From positions 1,750-65,749 of the forward strand of contig CAYSHP010000002.1 of the NCBI GenBank assembly GCA_964430875.1: DNA of 64,000 nucleotides, read 5' to 3'. Numbering within the stretch: position 1 is the first letter of the stretch; every line of letters begins with the position of its first letter. The DNA is from an uncultured Halanaerobiales bacterium (GTDB taxonomy: Bacteria > Bacillota > Halanaerobiia > Halanaerobiales > M55B127). The translations under genes were made by a program, and so were the position numbers. Under the pieces are notes generated by a model. The model had not been told where the DNA came from. It was given only the letters and a program-made list of their open reading frames with translations, and searched no databases. Positions 17,308-26,641 of the stretch are shown one piece after another.

Positions 17308-18672
17308 ATGGATAAAGAATATATTAAATATGAAAAAGAGAATAAAGAATATGTGGCTGAGTCCATATTTGTAAGTAAAAAACCGCGTTCACGTGTTATG
17401 TTGTCTACAGTAAAAGAGTTAAAACCAGAAATTAATAAACATTCTTTTGATAATGAAAATATCATAGATTACAAAGCGGTTGAAAAGATTGATGGTAAGT
17501 ACTATCTAATAAGTAAAGAAGACCAATATTATCCTCCTTTAATTGAAAGAGTTAAAAAAGCAGATATTAGTCTAAAAGAAGGTGTTAGGTGGTCCAAGCA
17601 GATCATTGAGATCTGGAACTCTAATGAAAATGCCAATGAATTCACAGCTGAAATAAAAGCAAATTATTTCAGGTTAGATGAAAATAAAAATATAAAGCTG
17701 ATTAATCCCTTTATCAATAAAAAGATCGAACAGTATAGATATCAGGACTTAGATAATGAGTTTGATGAAATATATAGGCCACCTGAAATAATAAATAGAG
17801 AAAACTGGGATGAAAAGGCAAGAATATATAACTTTGGTGTAATTTTATATCACCTTTCTACCGGTCAGTTTCCCTTTCAGGGTGAAGATAAAAAAGAAAT
17901 GTATGATAAGAAAATGACTGGTTCTGTAATTGCTCCCCGGTTTATAAATCCTGATATATCGGCCTCTTTAAGTGATCTAATTTTAGATATGTTGGCTCAA
18001 AACAAGGATCGACGCCCGGAATCTTTAGAAAAAGTTATTGATAATTTAGAAAAATTAAGTCAAAATAATACCTATCAAGCTAGTAAAGAAGAAAGAGAGA
18101 CTAATTTAAACAAAAGCGGTAGTCAGTTTACCAAAAATAGATTAAAAGAAAAAGTCGTCTTTTATTTCAGACACCATTGGGGTAAGACGCTCTTTTTTGG
18201 AATCTTAATTGGATTAATCTTCGGAATAGGAATGCTAGGTGGTAATCCCCCTGTTATTACAGAACAGACTACACCAGATGAAGTAGTAGAGTTTTTCTAT
18301 AGTTCAATAGATAAAAAGGACTCGATAGTAATTGATCAGACAACTACAGCTGATTTAGGTGATTTAGAGACAATGGTTTCTGAGGGACATGTTATGGAGA
18401 CTATGCGCTCGGCCTATGGTGGTTTACCAGAAGAAGAAAAAGAAGGAACCAATAAGATTTTTGGAATTAGAGATTTAACTGTAAATAAAACCCAAAGAGA
18501 TGATTATTATATTTATAAAGCAAGCTATATATTCTTTTATCCTCGTGAAAAAGAAATGAGAGAAAAAGAGATGCAGGATACCCTGACTGTAAAAAAAGTG
18601 AAAGAAAAATGGCAGATAACTGAAATTAAAGGTAGTATTGTAGAGCTCATTGAAGGAAAATTTGAAGGTTAG
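17308..18672 (+). CDS. Single-pass membrane protein with a degenerate Ser/Thr protein-kinase-like domain (predicted pseudokinase)
   Basis: 454 aa. Kinase C-lobe motifs are clear (YRPPEII, IYNFGVILYHLSTGQFPFQG, DRRP). The catalytic-loop position reads AEIKANYFRL (not HRDxKxxN), NPF replaces DFG, and no GxGxxG or VAxK is visible. A central TM helix (LFFGILIGLIFGIGMLGG) is followed by a ~140-aa C-terminal domain. Confidence 0.6.
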   Translation: MDKEYIKYEKENKEYVAESIFVSKKPRSRVMLSTVKELKPEINKHSFDNENIIDYKAVEKIDGKYYLISKEDQYYPPLIERVKKADISLKEGVRWSKQIIEIWNSNENANEFTAEIKANYFRLDENKNIKLINPFINKKIEQYRYQDLDNEFDEIYRPPEIINRENWDEKARIYNFGVILYHLSTGQFPFQGEDKKEMYDKKMTGSVIAPRFINPDISASLSDLILDMLAQNKDRRPESLEKVIDNLEKLSQNNTYQASKEERETNLNKSGSQFTKNRLKEKVVFYFRHHWGKTLFFGILIGLIFGIGMLGGNPPVITEQTTPDEVVEFFYSSIDKKDSIVIDQTTTADLGDLETMVSEGHVMETMRSAYGGLPEEEKEGTNKIFGIRDLTVNKTQRDDYYIYKASYIFFYPREKEMREKEMQDTLTVKKVKEKWQITEIKGSIVELIEGKFEG

Positions 18673-18680
18673 GTGATAAA

Positions 18681-19427
18681 ATGAGATTAGATTATGAACA
18701 TGTAGAAAAATCCCTAATAGAGTGGTTAAAAGGCAAAGTTCAGGATGCAAAAGCAGAGGGGGTAGTTGTTGGCTTAAGTGGTGGCATAGATTCAGCTGTT
18801 AGTTCAATACTTGCTAAAAAAACCTTTCCTAATAATACTTTAGGTTTGATTATGCCCTGCTATAGTAATCAACAGGATAAAGTAGATGCCATCAAAGTAG
18901 CCAAAAAGTTTAATGTTGACTATAAAATTAAAAAACTTGATCACTTATATGATTCATTTAAAGAATTAGTAGAGGCTGGCCAAAAAGAAAGTAAAGAAAA
19001 TCTTGCTTTAGCTAATGCTAAACCGCGTCTGAGAATGGTCACCCTTTATTACTATGCAGCTCAAAATAATTATCTCGTATTAGGGACAGATAACTGGAGT
19101 GAACTCAAAGTAGGTTATTTTACTAAATATGGAGACGGCGGGATTGACTTAACAGTTCTCGGCCGTTTAGTAAAAACAGAAGTAAGAGAGTTAGCAAAAC
19201 ATTTAGGTGTACCACAAGAGATCATAGATAAAAAGCCCTCAGCTGGGCTCTGGGAAGATCAGACCGATGAAGATGAGATGGGTTTAACTTATGAACAGTT
19301 AGACCGTTATATTTTAACCGGTAATGCCCAGCTGGAAGTAAAAGAAAAAATAGAAAATCTTTCTGCTAAAAATAGCCATAAACTAGAACCTATTCCGGTT
19401 CCAGCCCGAGAAATTTTGTTAACTTAG
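18681..19427 (+). CDS. nadE: Ammonia-dependent NAD+ synthetase
   Basis: 248 aa. PP-loop GLSGGIDSAV is present, along with TDNWSELKVGYFTKYGDGG and KPSAGLW. Confidence 0.92.
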   Translation: MRLDYEHVEKSLIEWLKGKVQDAKAEGVVVGLSGGIDSAVSSILAKKTFPNNTLGLIMPCYSNQQDKVDAIKVAKKFNVDYKIKKLDHLYDSFKELVEAGQKESKENLALANAKPRLRMVTLYYYAAQNNYLVLGTDNWSELKVGYFTKYGDGGIDLTVLGRLVKTEVRELAKHLGVPQEIIDKKPSAGLWEDQTDEDEMGLTYEQLDRYILTGNAQLEVKEKIENLSAKNSHKLEPIPVPAREILLT

Positions 19428-19484
19428 CAGGAGAATTTCAAAAAGTATAGTATTATATTATTAAGAGAATAATTTAATATTAGT

Positions 19485-19650
19485 TGTAAATAGGTGCTTT
19501 CAGTAACGCTGGAAGAGAATAGGGAATCAGGTGTAAAACCTGAACGGGCCCGCCACTGTAAGCAGATAGTCGCCCAGATAACCACTTGTTTTTAAACAGG
19601 GAAGGTTGGGTTAGACGATAAGCTGTGAGTCAGGAGACCTGCCTATTTAT
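19485..19650 (+). promoter_or_regulatory. Cobalamin (AdoCbl) riboswitch aptamer
   Basis: Conserved core AGGGAATCAGGTGTAAAACCTGA...GCCACTG and a perfect B12 box AGTCAGGAGACCTGCC (19628-19643). P1 forms between AAATAGG (19488-19494) and CCTATTT (19642-19648). Confidence 0.92.
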
Positions 19651-19694
19651 ACTCTACTACTTCGGTAACAAGATCAGTAGATGCAAGGGATATC

Positions 19695-19733
19695 ACCAGA
19701 TCTTTAGCTTCAAGCGAAGGTCTGGTTTTTTTA
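19695..19733 (+). terminator. Riboswitch expression-platform terminator
   Basis: ACCAGATCTT / AAGGTCTGGT forms a 10-bp stem with one G-U pair, followed by T8, immediately before cobU. It implies transcription attenuation when B12 is bound. Confidence 0.8.
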
Positions 19734-19761
19734 TTTGCCACAAAAAAGAGAGGTGGAAATC

Positions 19762-20373
19762 TTGAGTCAGATATTTTTGATTATGGGGGGAGCGCGCAGC
19801 GGCAAAAGTTCTTTTGCAGAGGAAATTGCTGAAAAATTAAGTAAAGAGGAGGTAATTTATCTTGCAACTGCTCAGGCTTTAGACCAGGAGATGGAAGAGA
19901 GGATCACACACCATAAAAAACAACGTCCACAAGCCTGGGAAACTATTGAAGAACCGCTTGCATTAAGTGAAGTTATTGAAAATGTTAAAGATAACAAAAC
20001 TGTTTTAATGGACTGTCTAACACTATTTATTTCCAACATGATTTTAAAGCAAGCAGAATTAGATAAAAATGAAAATAATTTAACACAAAAATTTAATATT
20101 GAACAAGAAATAATAAATGAAATAGAAACTACCATTAAAAAAGCTCGTAAAAATGATCTAAATTTAATAATAGTTTCTAATCAGGTCGGTCAGGGTGTAG
20201 TTCCCAATAATGAATTAGGTAGACTATTTAGAGATATTGCAGGTCGGGCTAATCAGTTTGTAGCAGACACTGCTGATCGAGTATTTATGACTATTGCTGG
20301 TTATCCTATTGACCTAAATGATATTAGTATGAAGAATAAAACAAATTTTTTGGATAATTTAGAGGAAGATTAA
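19762..20373 (+). CDS. cobU: Adenosylcobinamide kinase / adenosylcobinamide-phosphate guanylyltransferase
   Basis: The track ORF starts at 19735, inside the terminator T-run. The in-frame TTG at 19762 follows SD AGAGGTGGA. The P-loop is IMGGARSGKSSFAE. Confidence 0.88.
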   Translation: MSQIFLIMGGARSGKSSFAEEIAEKLSKEEVIYLATAQALDQEMEERITHHKKQRPQAWETIEEPLALSEVIENVKDNKTVLMDCLTLFISNMILKQAELDKNENNLTQKFNIEQEIINEIETTIKKARKNDLNLIIVSNQVGQGVVPNNELGRLFRDIAGRANQFVADTADRVFMTIAGYPIDLNDISMKNKTNFLDNLEED

Positions 20374-20374
20374 A

Positions 20375-21889
20375 ATGAAAAAATCTATTATGTTTCAGGG
20401 AACAGCTTCAAATGTGGGTAAAAGTTTAATGGCAGCTGCTTTATGCCGTGTTATATATAAAAAGGGATATAAAGTTGCTCCTTTTAAGTCCTGGAATATG
20501 GCTTTGAACTCCTATGTAACTAAAGATGGGGGTGAAGTTGGCAGAGCGCAAGCCCTGCAGGCAGAAGCATGTAATGTAGATATAGAAGTTGATATGCAGC
20601 CCTTTTTAGTAAAACCAAAAGGCAATGAAGAAGCACAAGTAATAAAAAGGGGGCGGCCTTTAGGTGATTTTAAAGGTCAGTACCAAAGTGACAATTATGT
20701 AAAAGAGGCTTTAGAAACTATTGAAAAATCAATGGATAATCTATATAAAAAATATAATATACTGGTTATGGAAGGAGCCGGTAGTCCAGCTGAAATTAAT
20801 ATTCAAAATAGAGACTTAGCTAATATGAAGGTTGCGAATTTAAAAAATACTCCGGTTATTTTAGTGGCTGATATTGATAAAGGAGGCGTATTTGCTTCTA
20901 TAGTGGGAACTATGGAACTTTTAGATGAAAACAGTAAATTAGTTAAAGGGATAATTATTAATAAATTTAGAGGTAACAAAGCCTCATTACAGTCTGGTCT
21001 AGAATTTATAGAAAAAAAGGTAGGAGTGCCTGTATTAGGAGTAATGCCTTATTTAAAAGATATAGATCTTCCAGAGGAAGATTCAGTAACCATCAAAGAA
21101 TATGAAAAAAAGCAGGCAGCTATTAAAATTGGTGTTGTTAACTTACCACACTTATCTAACTTTACTGATTTTGATATTTTAGGTATGGAACCGGAAATAG
21201 AGTTAAAATATATAGATAATCCTAAGGATAGTTTGATAAATTATGATGCTTTGATTATCCCGGGTACTAAAAATACCACAGAAGATTTAAGTTATTTAAA
21301 AGAAAAAGGTTTAGCGCAAAAAATAAGACAAGCAGCCCAACAAGGCAAGGAAGTTATTGGTATTTGTGGAGGTTATCAGATGTTGGGCCAAAAATTAATT
21401 GACCCGGATTTAACAGAAGGTAGCCGCAAAACTATAATAGGCTTATCTTTATTAGATATAAAAACGATATTTAGTTCGGGTAAAGATACTTATCAGATAG
21501 AAGCAGAATTAAATCAAAACAATAATAGGTTTAAGGGTTTAAAAGAAGTGAAAATTAAAGGATATGAGATCCATATGGGCCAGACAATTTTAGGCAAAGA
21601 AGCAATACCACTTTTTAATATAATAAAAAGGTCCCAAAAAGAGTGTGAGATAAAAGATGGAGCGTATTCAACAAAATTAGCTGTTTGGGGTACATATATT
21701 CACGGTATATTTGATAATGATGATTTTAGAAGGGCTTTTATTAACAATCTATTAGAGGGAAAAGGGGAAATAGGTAGTAAAGAATCCGTTAGTTTTAAAA
21801 AGAAAAGAGAAAAAGCTTTAAATAAATTAGCAAAAACCTTTCAAGATAATATTGATTTAGATAAATTATTTCAGATAATGGATCTATAA
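20375..21889 (+). CDS. cobQ: Cobyric acid synthase
   Basis: 504 aa. N-terminal CobB/CobQ ATPase domain (MFQGTASNVGKS) and C-terminal glutamine amidotransferase (GICGGYQMLG...GYEIHMG). Confidence 0.9.
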   Translation: MKKSIMFQGTASNVGKSLMAAALCRVIYKKGYKVAPFKSWNMALNSYVTKDGGEVGRAQALQAEACNVDIEVDMQPFLVKPKGNEEAQVIKRGRPLGDFKGQYQSDNYVKEALETIEKSMDNLYKKYNILVMEGAGSPAEINIQNRDLANMKVANLKNTPVILVADIDKGGVFASIVGTMELLDENSKLVKGIIINKFRGNKASLQSGLEFIEKKVGVPVLGVMPYLKDIDLPEEDSVTIKEYEKKQAAIKIGVVNLPHLSNFTDFDILGMEPEIELKYIDNPKDSLINYDALIIPGTKNTTEDLSYLKEKGLAQKIRQAAQQGKEVIGICGGYQMLGQKLIDPDLTEGSRKTIIGLSLLDIKTIFSSGKDTYQIEAELNQNNNRFKGLKEVKIKGYEIHMGQTILGKEAIPLFNIIKRSQKECEIKDGAYSTKLAVWGTYIHGIFDNDDFRRAFINNLLEGKGEIGSKESVSFKKKREKALNKLAKTFQDNIDLDKLFQIMDL

Positions 21890-21904
21890 GTTAAGGAGGT
21901 TTTC

Positions 21905-22849
21905 ATGTATATCTTAATTGCGGCTGTTACTCTTGATTTATTGATGGGTGATCCTCGGTTTTATCCACACCCTGTAGTTATAATAGGTAAGTTGATTTCT
22001 TATTTAGAAAGCAAATTAAGAAAAACAGGCGATAGAAATTTTCTGCAAAAAATTAAAGGGGTACTTTTAGTAATATTAACATTAGGTATTACCTTTGGGA
22101 TAAGTTTTTTTATAATTAGCTTATTTACCTATTTAAATTATTATTTAGCTTTAATCTTTCAGATACTTTTGTTTTATACAACAATAGCTATTCGCGGTTT
22201 ACATCAAGCAGGTATGGAAATATATAAAAAGCTGCAGGCAGGTGAAGTAAAACAAGCCCGTCAGAGTTTAGATTTAATTGTCGGCAGAAATACAGAAAAC
22301 TTGACTGAACAAGAAATTATCAGGGCAGTTGTAGAAACTGTGGCTGAAAATACCAGTGATGGTATTATAGCACCAATTTTCTATTTTATTATCGGAGGAC
22401 CAATTTTAGCTTTACTATATAAAGCAGTTAATACGATGGATTCCATGTTAGGCTATAAAAATGAGAAGTATAAATATTTCGGCTGGGCCGCAGCTAAACT
22501 CGATGATCTTGTAAACTATCTACCAGCCCGTATTACGGCTTTTCTTTTCATTATAGCTGCTATAATTTATAAAAAAGATTATAAAAGAGCGCTTAAAACA
22601 ATTATAAAAGATGCTAAAAAACATGACAGCCCAAATGCAGGCTTTCCGGAAGCAGCGGTAGCAGGAGCTTTACAAATTCAATTAGGTGGGATTAATAAGT
22701 ACTTTGGTGAAGTTAGTAAAAAAGCATTATTAGGAACTAAAATAGAAGAGTTCAAGGTAAACCATATTAAAGATGTTACATATTTAATGCACATTGCAAC
22801 TTATATCTTCCTGTTGTTTTCACTTGTTTTTAAATTCTTAATCAGTTAG
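21905..22849 (+). CDS. cbiB: Adenosylcobinamide-phosphate synthase
   Basis: 314 aa membrane protein. DLLMGDPRFYPHPVVIIGK and DSPNAGFPEAAVAGAL are CbiB/CobD-family signatures. Confidence 0.9.
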   Translation: MYILIAAVTLDLLMGDPRFYPHPVVIIGKLISYLESKLRKTGDRNFLQKIKGVLLVILTLGITFGISFFIISLFTYLNYYLALIFQILLFYTTIAIRGLHQAGMEIYKKLQAGEVKQARQSLDLIVGRNTENLTEQEIIRAVVETVAENTSDGIIAPIFYFIIGGPILALLYKAVNTMDSMLGYKNEKYKYFGWAAAKLDDLVNYLPARITAFLFIIAAIIYKKDYKRALKTIIKDAKKHDSPNAGFPEAAVAGALQIQLGGINKYFGEVSKKALLGTKIEEFKVNHIKDVTYLMHIATYIFLLFSLVFKFLIS

Positions 22850-22915
22850 GAGTGGTGGAACATTAAATTATTAAAAGAAATTACTAAAAGTATTGGTAAC
22901 CTGGATGTAAAAGCT

Positions 22916-23902
22916 ATGGAAAAGGCCCAAGAGAGGTTAGATAATCTTACTAAACCTCCGGGTAGTTTAGGCTATCTGGAAGACTTAGCAGTTAAAATGG
23001 CTGGTATTACCGGGGAAGTATTTCCCGATATCAGTCAAAAAGAGCATGTTATCATGGTTGGTGACCATGGTGTAGTAAAAGAAGGGGTAAGTGCTTTTCC
23101 TCAATCGATTACTAAAGCAATGGTAAAAAATTTTTTAAATGGGGGAGCGGCTGTTAATGTGCTTGCCCGTCAGTATGATGTTAATATTTCTATAGTGGAT
23201 ATTGGGATGGTTGAAAAAGTAAAAGAAGATGGTATATTAAATGCCAATATTAAAAAAGGTACCGATAATCTGTTAGTAGGACCAGCGATGTCTAAAACAG
23301 AGGCGGTCAAAAGTATAGAAACCGGGATTGAAATCACTGAAAAATTAATTAAAGAAGGGGCTAAAGTAATTGGTACCGGTGAGATGGGGATCGGTAATAC
23401 AACTCCTAGTAGTGCAATTATTAAAGCAGCTACCAATCTGAGTCTAGCAGAAGTTGTTGGTTATGGAACCGGCTTAGATGAAAAAGGCTTAGAGAACAAA
23501 AAGAATATTATACAAAGAGCAATTAATGTAAATCAACCGAAAGAAGATGATGGTATAGATATATTAAGAAAAGTTGGTGGACTTGAGATAGGTGGAATGG
23601 CAGGGGTCATGTTAGCCGGTGCTAAAGCTAGAAAACCTGTCTTGATTGATGGATTAATTTCAGCTGCGGCAGCTTTAATAGCATATTTAATTGAACCAAA
23701 GGTTGTTCATTTTTTAATTCCTTCTCATAAATCGGTTGAACCCGGTCATGAAAAATTATATCAGTTTTTAGATATGAGACCAATGTTTGATTTGGATATG
23801 AGGTTAGGGGAAGGAACCGGTGCAATTCTAGGAATGGGGATTATGGAATCATCAAATCGGATAATTAAAGAGATGGCTACTTTTGATACCCTTGATTTTT
23901 AG
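22916..23902 (+). CDS. cobT: Nicotinate-nucleotide--dimethylbenzimidazole phosphoribosyltransferase
   Basis: AMEKAQERLDNLTKPPGSLGYLEDLA and GEMGIGNTT are CobT signatures. Coordinates are given for the first ATG. The true start is probably the in-frame ATT at 22862 (see findings). Confidence 0.9.
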   Translation: MEKAQERLDNLTKPPGSLGYLEDLAVKMAGITGEVFPDISQKEHVIMVGDHGVVKEGVSAFPQSITKAMVKNFLNGGAAVNVLARQYDVNISIVDIGMVEKVKEDGILNANIKKGTDNLLVGPAMSKTEAVKSIETGIEITEKLIKEGAKVIGTGEMGIGNTTPSSAIIKAATNLSLAEVVGYGTGLDEKGLENKKNIIQRAINVNQPKEDDGIDILRKVGGLEIGGMAGVMLAGAKARKPVLIDGLISAAAALIAYLIEPKVVHFLIPSHKSVEPGHEKLYQFLDMRPMFDLDMRLGEGTGAILGMGIMESSNRIIKEMATFDTLDF

Positions 23903-23914
23903 AGGAGGTTTGCA

Positions 23915-24649
23915 ATGAACTCATTTTTAATAGCCTTACAGTTTATTACCGTGATTCCGGTAAAAAAGGACCTTAATTACAGCGAAAAAAATATTGCCAG
24001 TTCAATGCTTTACTACCCATTAATTGGTTCTATTATTGGTTTGATTTTAGTAGTGATTAATATAGTGAGTACTTATTTCTTACCTAATCTGGTTAGAGAT
24101 AGTGTAGTATTAATATTTTTTGTCCTTTTAACCGGTGGTATTCATTTTGACGGTTTAGCAGATAGCTTTGACGGGCTTTTTGGGGGTAAAAACAAGAAAA
24201 GTATTTTAGAGATAATGGGTGATAGCAGTGTGGGAGTCTATGGTATCTTAGCTGTAACTTTAATATTAATCTTTAAATTAAGCCTTATTAATAATTTACC
24301 ATTAGGCCAGAGAAATTTAGCTTTAATTATAGCTCCGACCATTAGCCGTTGTGCTATGGTTTGGGCCGTCTATTTATTTCCCTATGCTAAAAAAGAAGGC
24401 TTTGGTAAGGCATTTAAGCTTTATCTAACTAAACAAGAAGCCTGGTTAACTGCCATCTATACTTTAATTATTACATTTGTATTGTTTTTCTTTAAAGGTT
24501 TAATAGTTTTAATAATATCTTTTGTTTCCTTATATTTCTTAGGAACTTTTGTTGTAAAAAAGATAGAGGGATTAACCGGTGATAACTATGGAGCCATAAA
24601 TGAACTGATGGAAGTTTTAGTTTTGTTTTTAATAATCTTATTGTATTAA
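23915..24649 (+). CDS. cobS: Adenosylcobinamide-GDP ribazoletransferase (cobalamin synthase)
   Basis: 244 aa polytopic membrane protein. ALQFITVIPV and HFDGLADSFDGLFGG are the CobS signature. Confidence 0.9.
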   Translation: MNSFLIALQFITVIPVKKDLNYSEKNIASSMLYYPLIGSIIGLILVVINIVSTYFLPNLVRDSVVLIFFVLLTGGIHFDGLADSFDGLFGGKNKKSILEIMGDSSVGVYGILAVTLILIFKLSLINNLPLGQRNLALIIAPTISRCAMVWAVYLFPYAKKEGFGKAFKLYLTKQEAWLTAIYTLIITFVLFFFKGLIVLIISFVSLYFLGTFVVKKIEGLTGDNYGAINELMEVLVLFLIILLY

Positions 24650-24660
24650 GGAGATAATTT

Positions 24661-25545
24661 ATGGGATATACAGTAAAAGTACCGGGTAGTTGTGGTGAAC
24701 TAGCCCAAGGATATCTTGACAATAGTAATTTTCTAATAAGCTGTCCGATAGATATTTATAGTGAGGTAACAGTAACTTCTTTTCACAATAAAAGAAGTAT
24801 TGAAATAGATAGTAAAAAAAGAAAAACAAAAGAGGCTATATTAAAGCTTTTAGATTATTATAATATCAAAGATATTGGCTTACGGGTTGAGGTCAAAACA
24901 AAGCTGCCAGAAGCAAAAGGGATGAGCAGTTCCACGGCTGATTTAAGTGCAGCTTTATTGGCTGTGATAAGAGAATTAAAACTTAATTTGGATTTATCTT
25001 TGGTTAAAAATATTCTTTTACAAATTGAACCTTCTGATGCTACCTTTTTAAAGGGGATTAATGTATTTGACCATCTTGAAGGTAAAACTATGAAATGTTT
25101 AGGAACAATTGAGCCCATACCATTACTGGTTTTTGATTATGGAGGTCAAGTTGACACTATAAATTTTAATGCCCGGCAGGACTTATTAAGCTTAAATAAA
25201 GCTAAAAATAAAGAGATAAAAGAGGCATATAATTTAATTAAAGAAGGTATTCAAAGTAGTAATAAAAAGCTGATTGGTAAAGGAGCAACCATCAGCAGTT
25301 TAGCTAATCAGATAATTTTAGAAAAAAAAGATTTAGAAGATCTTATAAAATCTTTAGCAAAAACAGATGGTTTTTTAGGTATAAATATTGCTCACAGTGG
25401 CACAGTTATTGGAATTATGGTTAGTGGACCAAAACACTTTAATGAAATTATAGATATTATAAGAAAAAAGTATCCTAAATTAGAATTATTATTTAAGACT
25501 AAAATAATTAATGGTGGTTTTAAAATCAGAAAAGATGAGGGGTAA
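24661..25545 (+). CDS. GHMP-family kinase, L-threonine kinase type (PduX-like)
   Basis: 294 aa. VPGSCGELAQG N-terminus and GHMP motif II PEAKGMSSSTADLSA. It lies directly upstream of the threonine-phosphate decarboxylase gene. Confidence 0.7.
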   Translation: MGYTVKVPGSCGELAQGYLDNSNFLISCPIDIYSEVTVTSFHNKRSIEIDSKKRKTKEAILKLLDYYNIKDIGLRVEVKTKLPEAKGMSSSTADLSAALLAVIRELKLNLDLSLVKNILLQIEPSDATFLKGINVFDHLEGKTMKCLGTIEPIPLLVFDYGGQVDTINFNARQDLLSLNKAKNKEIKEAYNLIKEGIQSSNKKLIGKGATISSLANQIILEKKDLEDLIKSLAKTDGFLGINIAHSGTVIGIMVSGPKHFNEIIDIIRKKYPKLELLFKTKIINGGFKIRKDEG

Positions 25546-25549
25546 AATT

Positions 25550-26623
25550 ATGGAGCAGGAACATGGCGGTAATATAAAAGAAGTATCAGCTAAATTTAAT
25601 ATTAAGCAAAATGATGTAATTGACTTTAGTGCCAATATCAACTTTGTCGGTCCTCCACCTGATATATATAGCAAAATCAAAAAAGAAATTGAGGAGATAA
25701 CCCGTTATCCAGAATCGAATTCTAATAACTTAAGAGAAAGATTAGCAGATAAATATGGTTTAGATTATAATAATTATGTTTTAGGTAATGGGGCTGTAGA
25801 ATTAATCTACATTTTGACCAGAGTTTTAAATTTGCAAGAAGCTTTAGTATTAGCCCCAACCTTTTCCGAGTATGAAAATGCACTTCAGGCGGAAGAAGTT
25901 GATATAAAGTACCATTATCTACTTAAGGAAAATGATTTTGCCTTAGATATTGATAAGTTAAAAGGGGATTTGCAAGAGAATATAGATATATTCTTCTTAT
26001 GTAATCCCAATAATCCTACCGGACAGTATATAAATAAAGAAGAGATCAAAGAATTATTAACTCATAATGCAAAAAATAAAATATTTACTGTAATTGATGA
26101 AGCCTTTGTTGATTTTTTAGATCAAGATATTTCTGCTTTAAGTTTACTGAAAGACTTTAAGGACTTATTTATTTTAAGGTCCTTAACAAAATTCTATGCA
26201 ATACCAGGTTTAAGATTAGGTTTTGGGATTGGTAATAAAGAAATTATTAAAAGAATTATGAAAACAAAAGATCCCTGGAATGTTAATATTTTTGCCCAAA
26301 AAGCCGGGGAAGTAATCTTAACACAAGACCAGTATAATAAATTAACTAAAAAAGCAATTTATCGAGAAAAAATATTCCTTTATCAAAAGCTAAAAGAATT
26401 TGCTAATCTTAAAGTCTTTTATCCGAATGCCAACTATATTTTTATTGAACTAACTGAATCAGATTATAGTGGCACTAAACTTTATAATAAATTAGCAGCT
26501 CAAGGAATATTAATCAGAAACTGCCAAAACTATCAGGGTTTAGATGACAATTTTATTCGAATTGCTGTTAAAAGCAGAGAAGATAATAAAAAGTTGTTAA
26601 ATACTTTAATAAAATACTTATAA
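25550..26623 (+). CDS. cobD: Threonine-phosphate decarboxylase (class I/II aminotransferase fold)
   Basis: The track ORF starts at 25511, overlapping the kinase gene. The ATG at 25550 follows SD GAGGGG and gives MEQEHGGNIKE... (the HGGN hallmark). The PLP-lysine region is SLTKFYAIPGLRLG. Confidence 0.85.
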   Translation: MEQEHGGNIKEVSAKFNIKQNDVIDFSANINFVGPPPDIYSKIKKEIEEITRYPESNSNNLRERLADKYGLDYNNYVLGNGAVELIYILTRVLNLQEALVLAPTFSEYENALQAEEVDIKYHYLLKENDFALDIDKLKGDLQENIDIFFLCNPNNPTGQYINKEEIKELLTHNAKNKIFTVIDEAFVDFLDQDISALSLLKDFKDLFILRSLTKFYAIPGLRLGFGIGNKEIIKRIMKTKDPWNVNIFAQKAGEVILTQDQYNKLTKKAIYREKIFLYQKLKEFANLKVFYPNANYIFIELTESDYSGTKLYNKLAAQGILIRNCQNYQGLDDNFIRIAVKSREDNKKLLNTLIKYL

Positions 26624-26641
26624 ATTACAAGGAGGAAAAAA

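Noticed and set aside
22847-22862. cbiB and cobT are in the same reading frame and separated only by TAG plus four codons. This suggests possible stop-codon read-through, pyrrolysine-style recoding or a CbiB-CobT fusion.
   Set aside because: An SD-like AGGAGTGGTGG spans the junction, which fits reinitiation rather than read-through. No recoding signal is visible, and fusion of a polytopic membrane protein to CobT has no precedent known to me.
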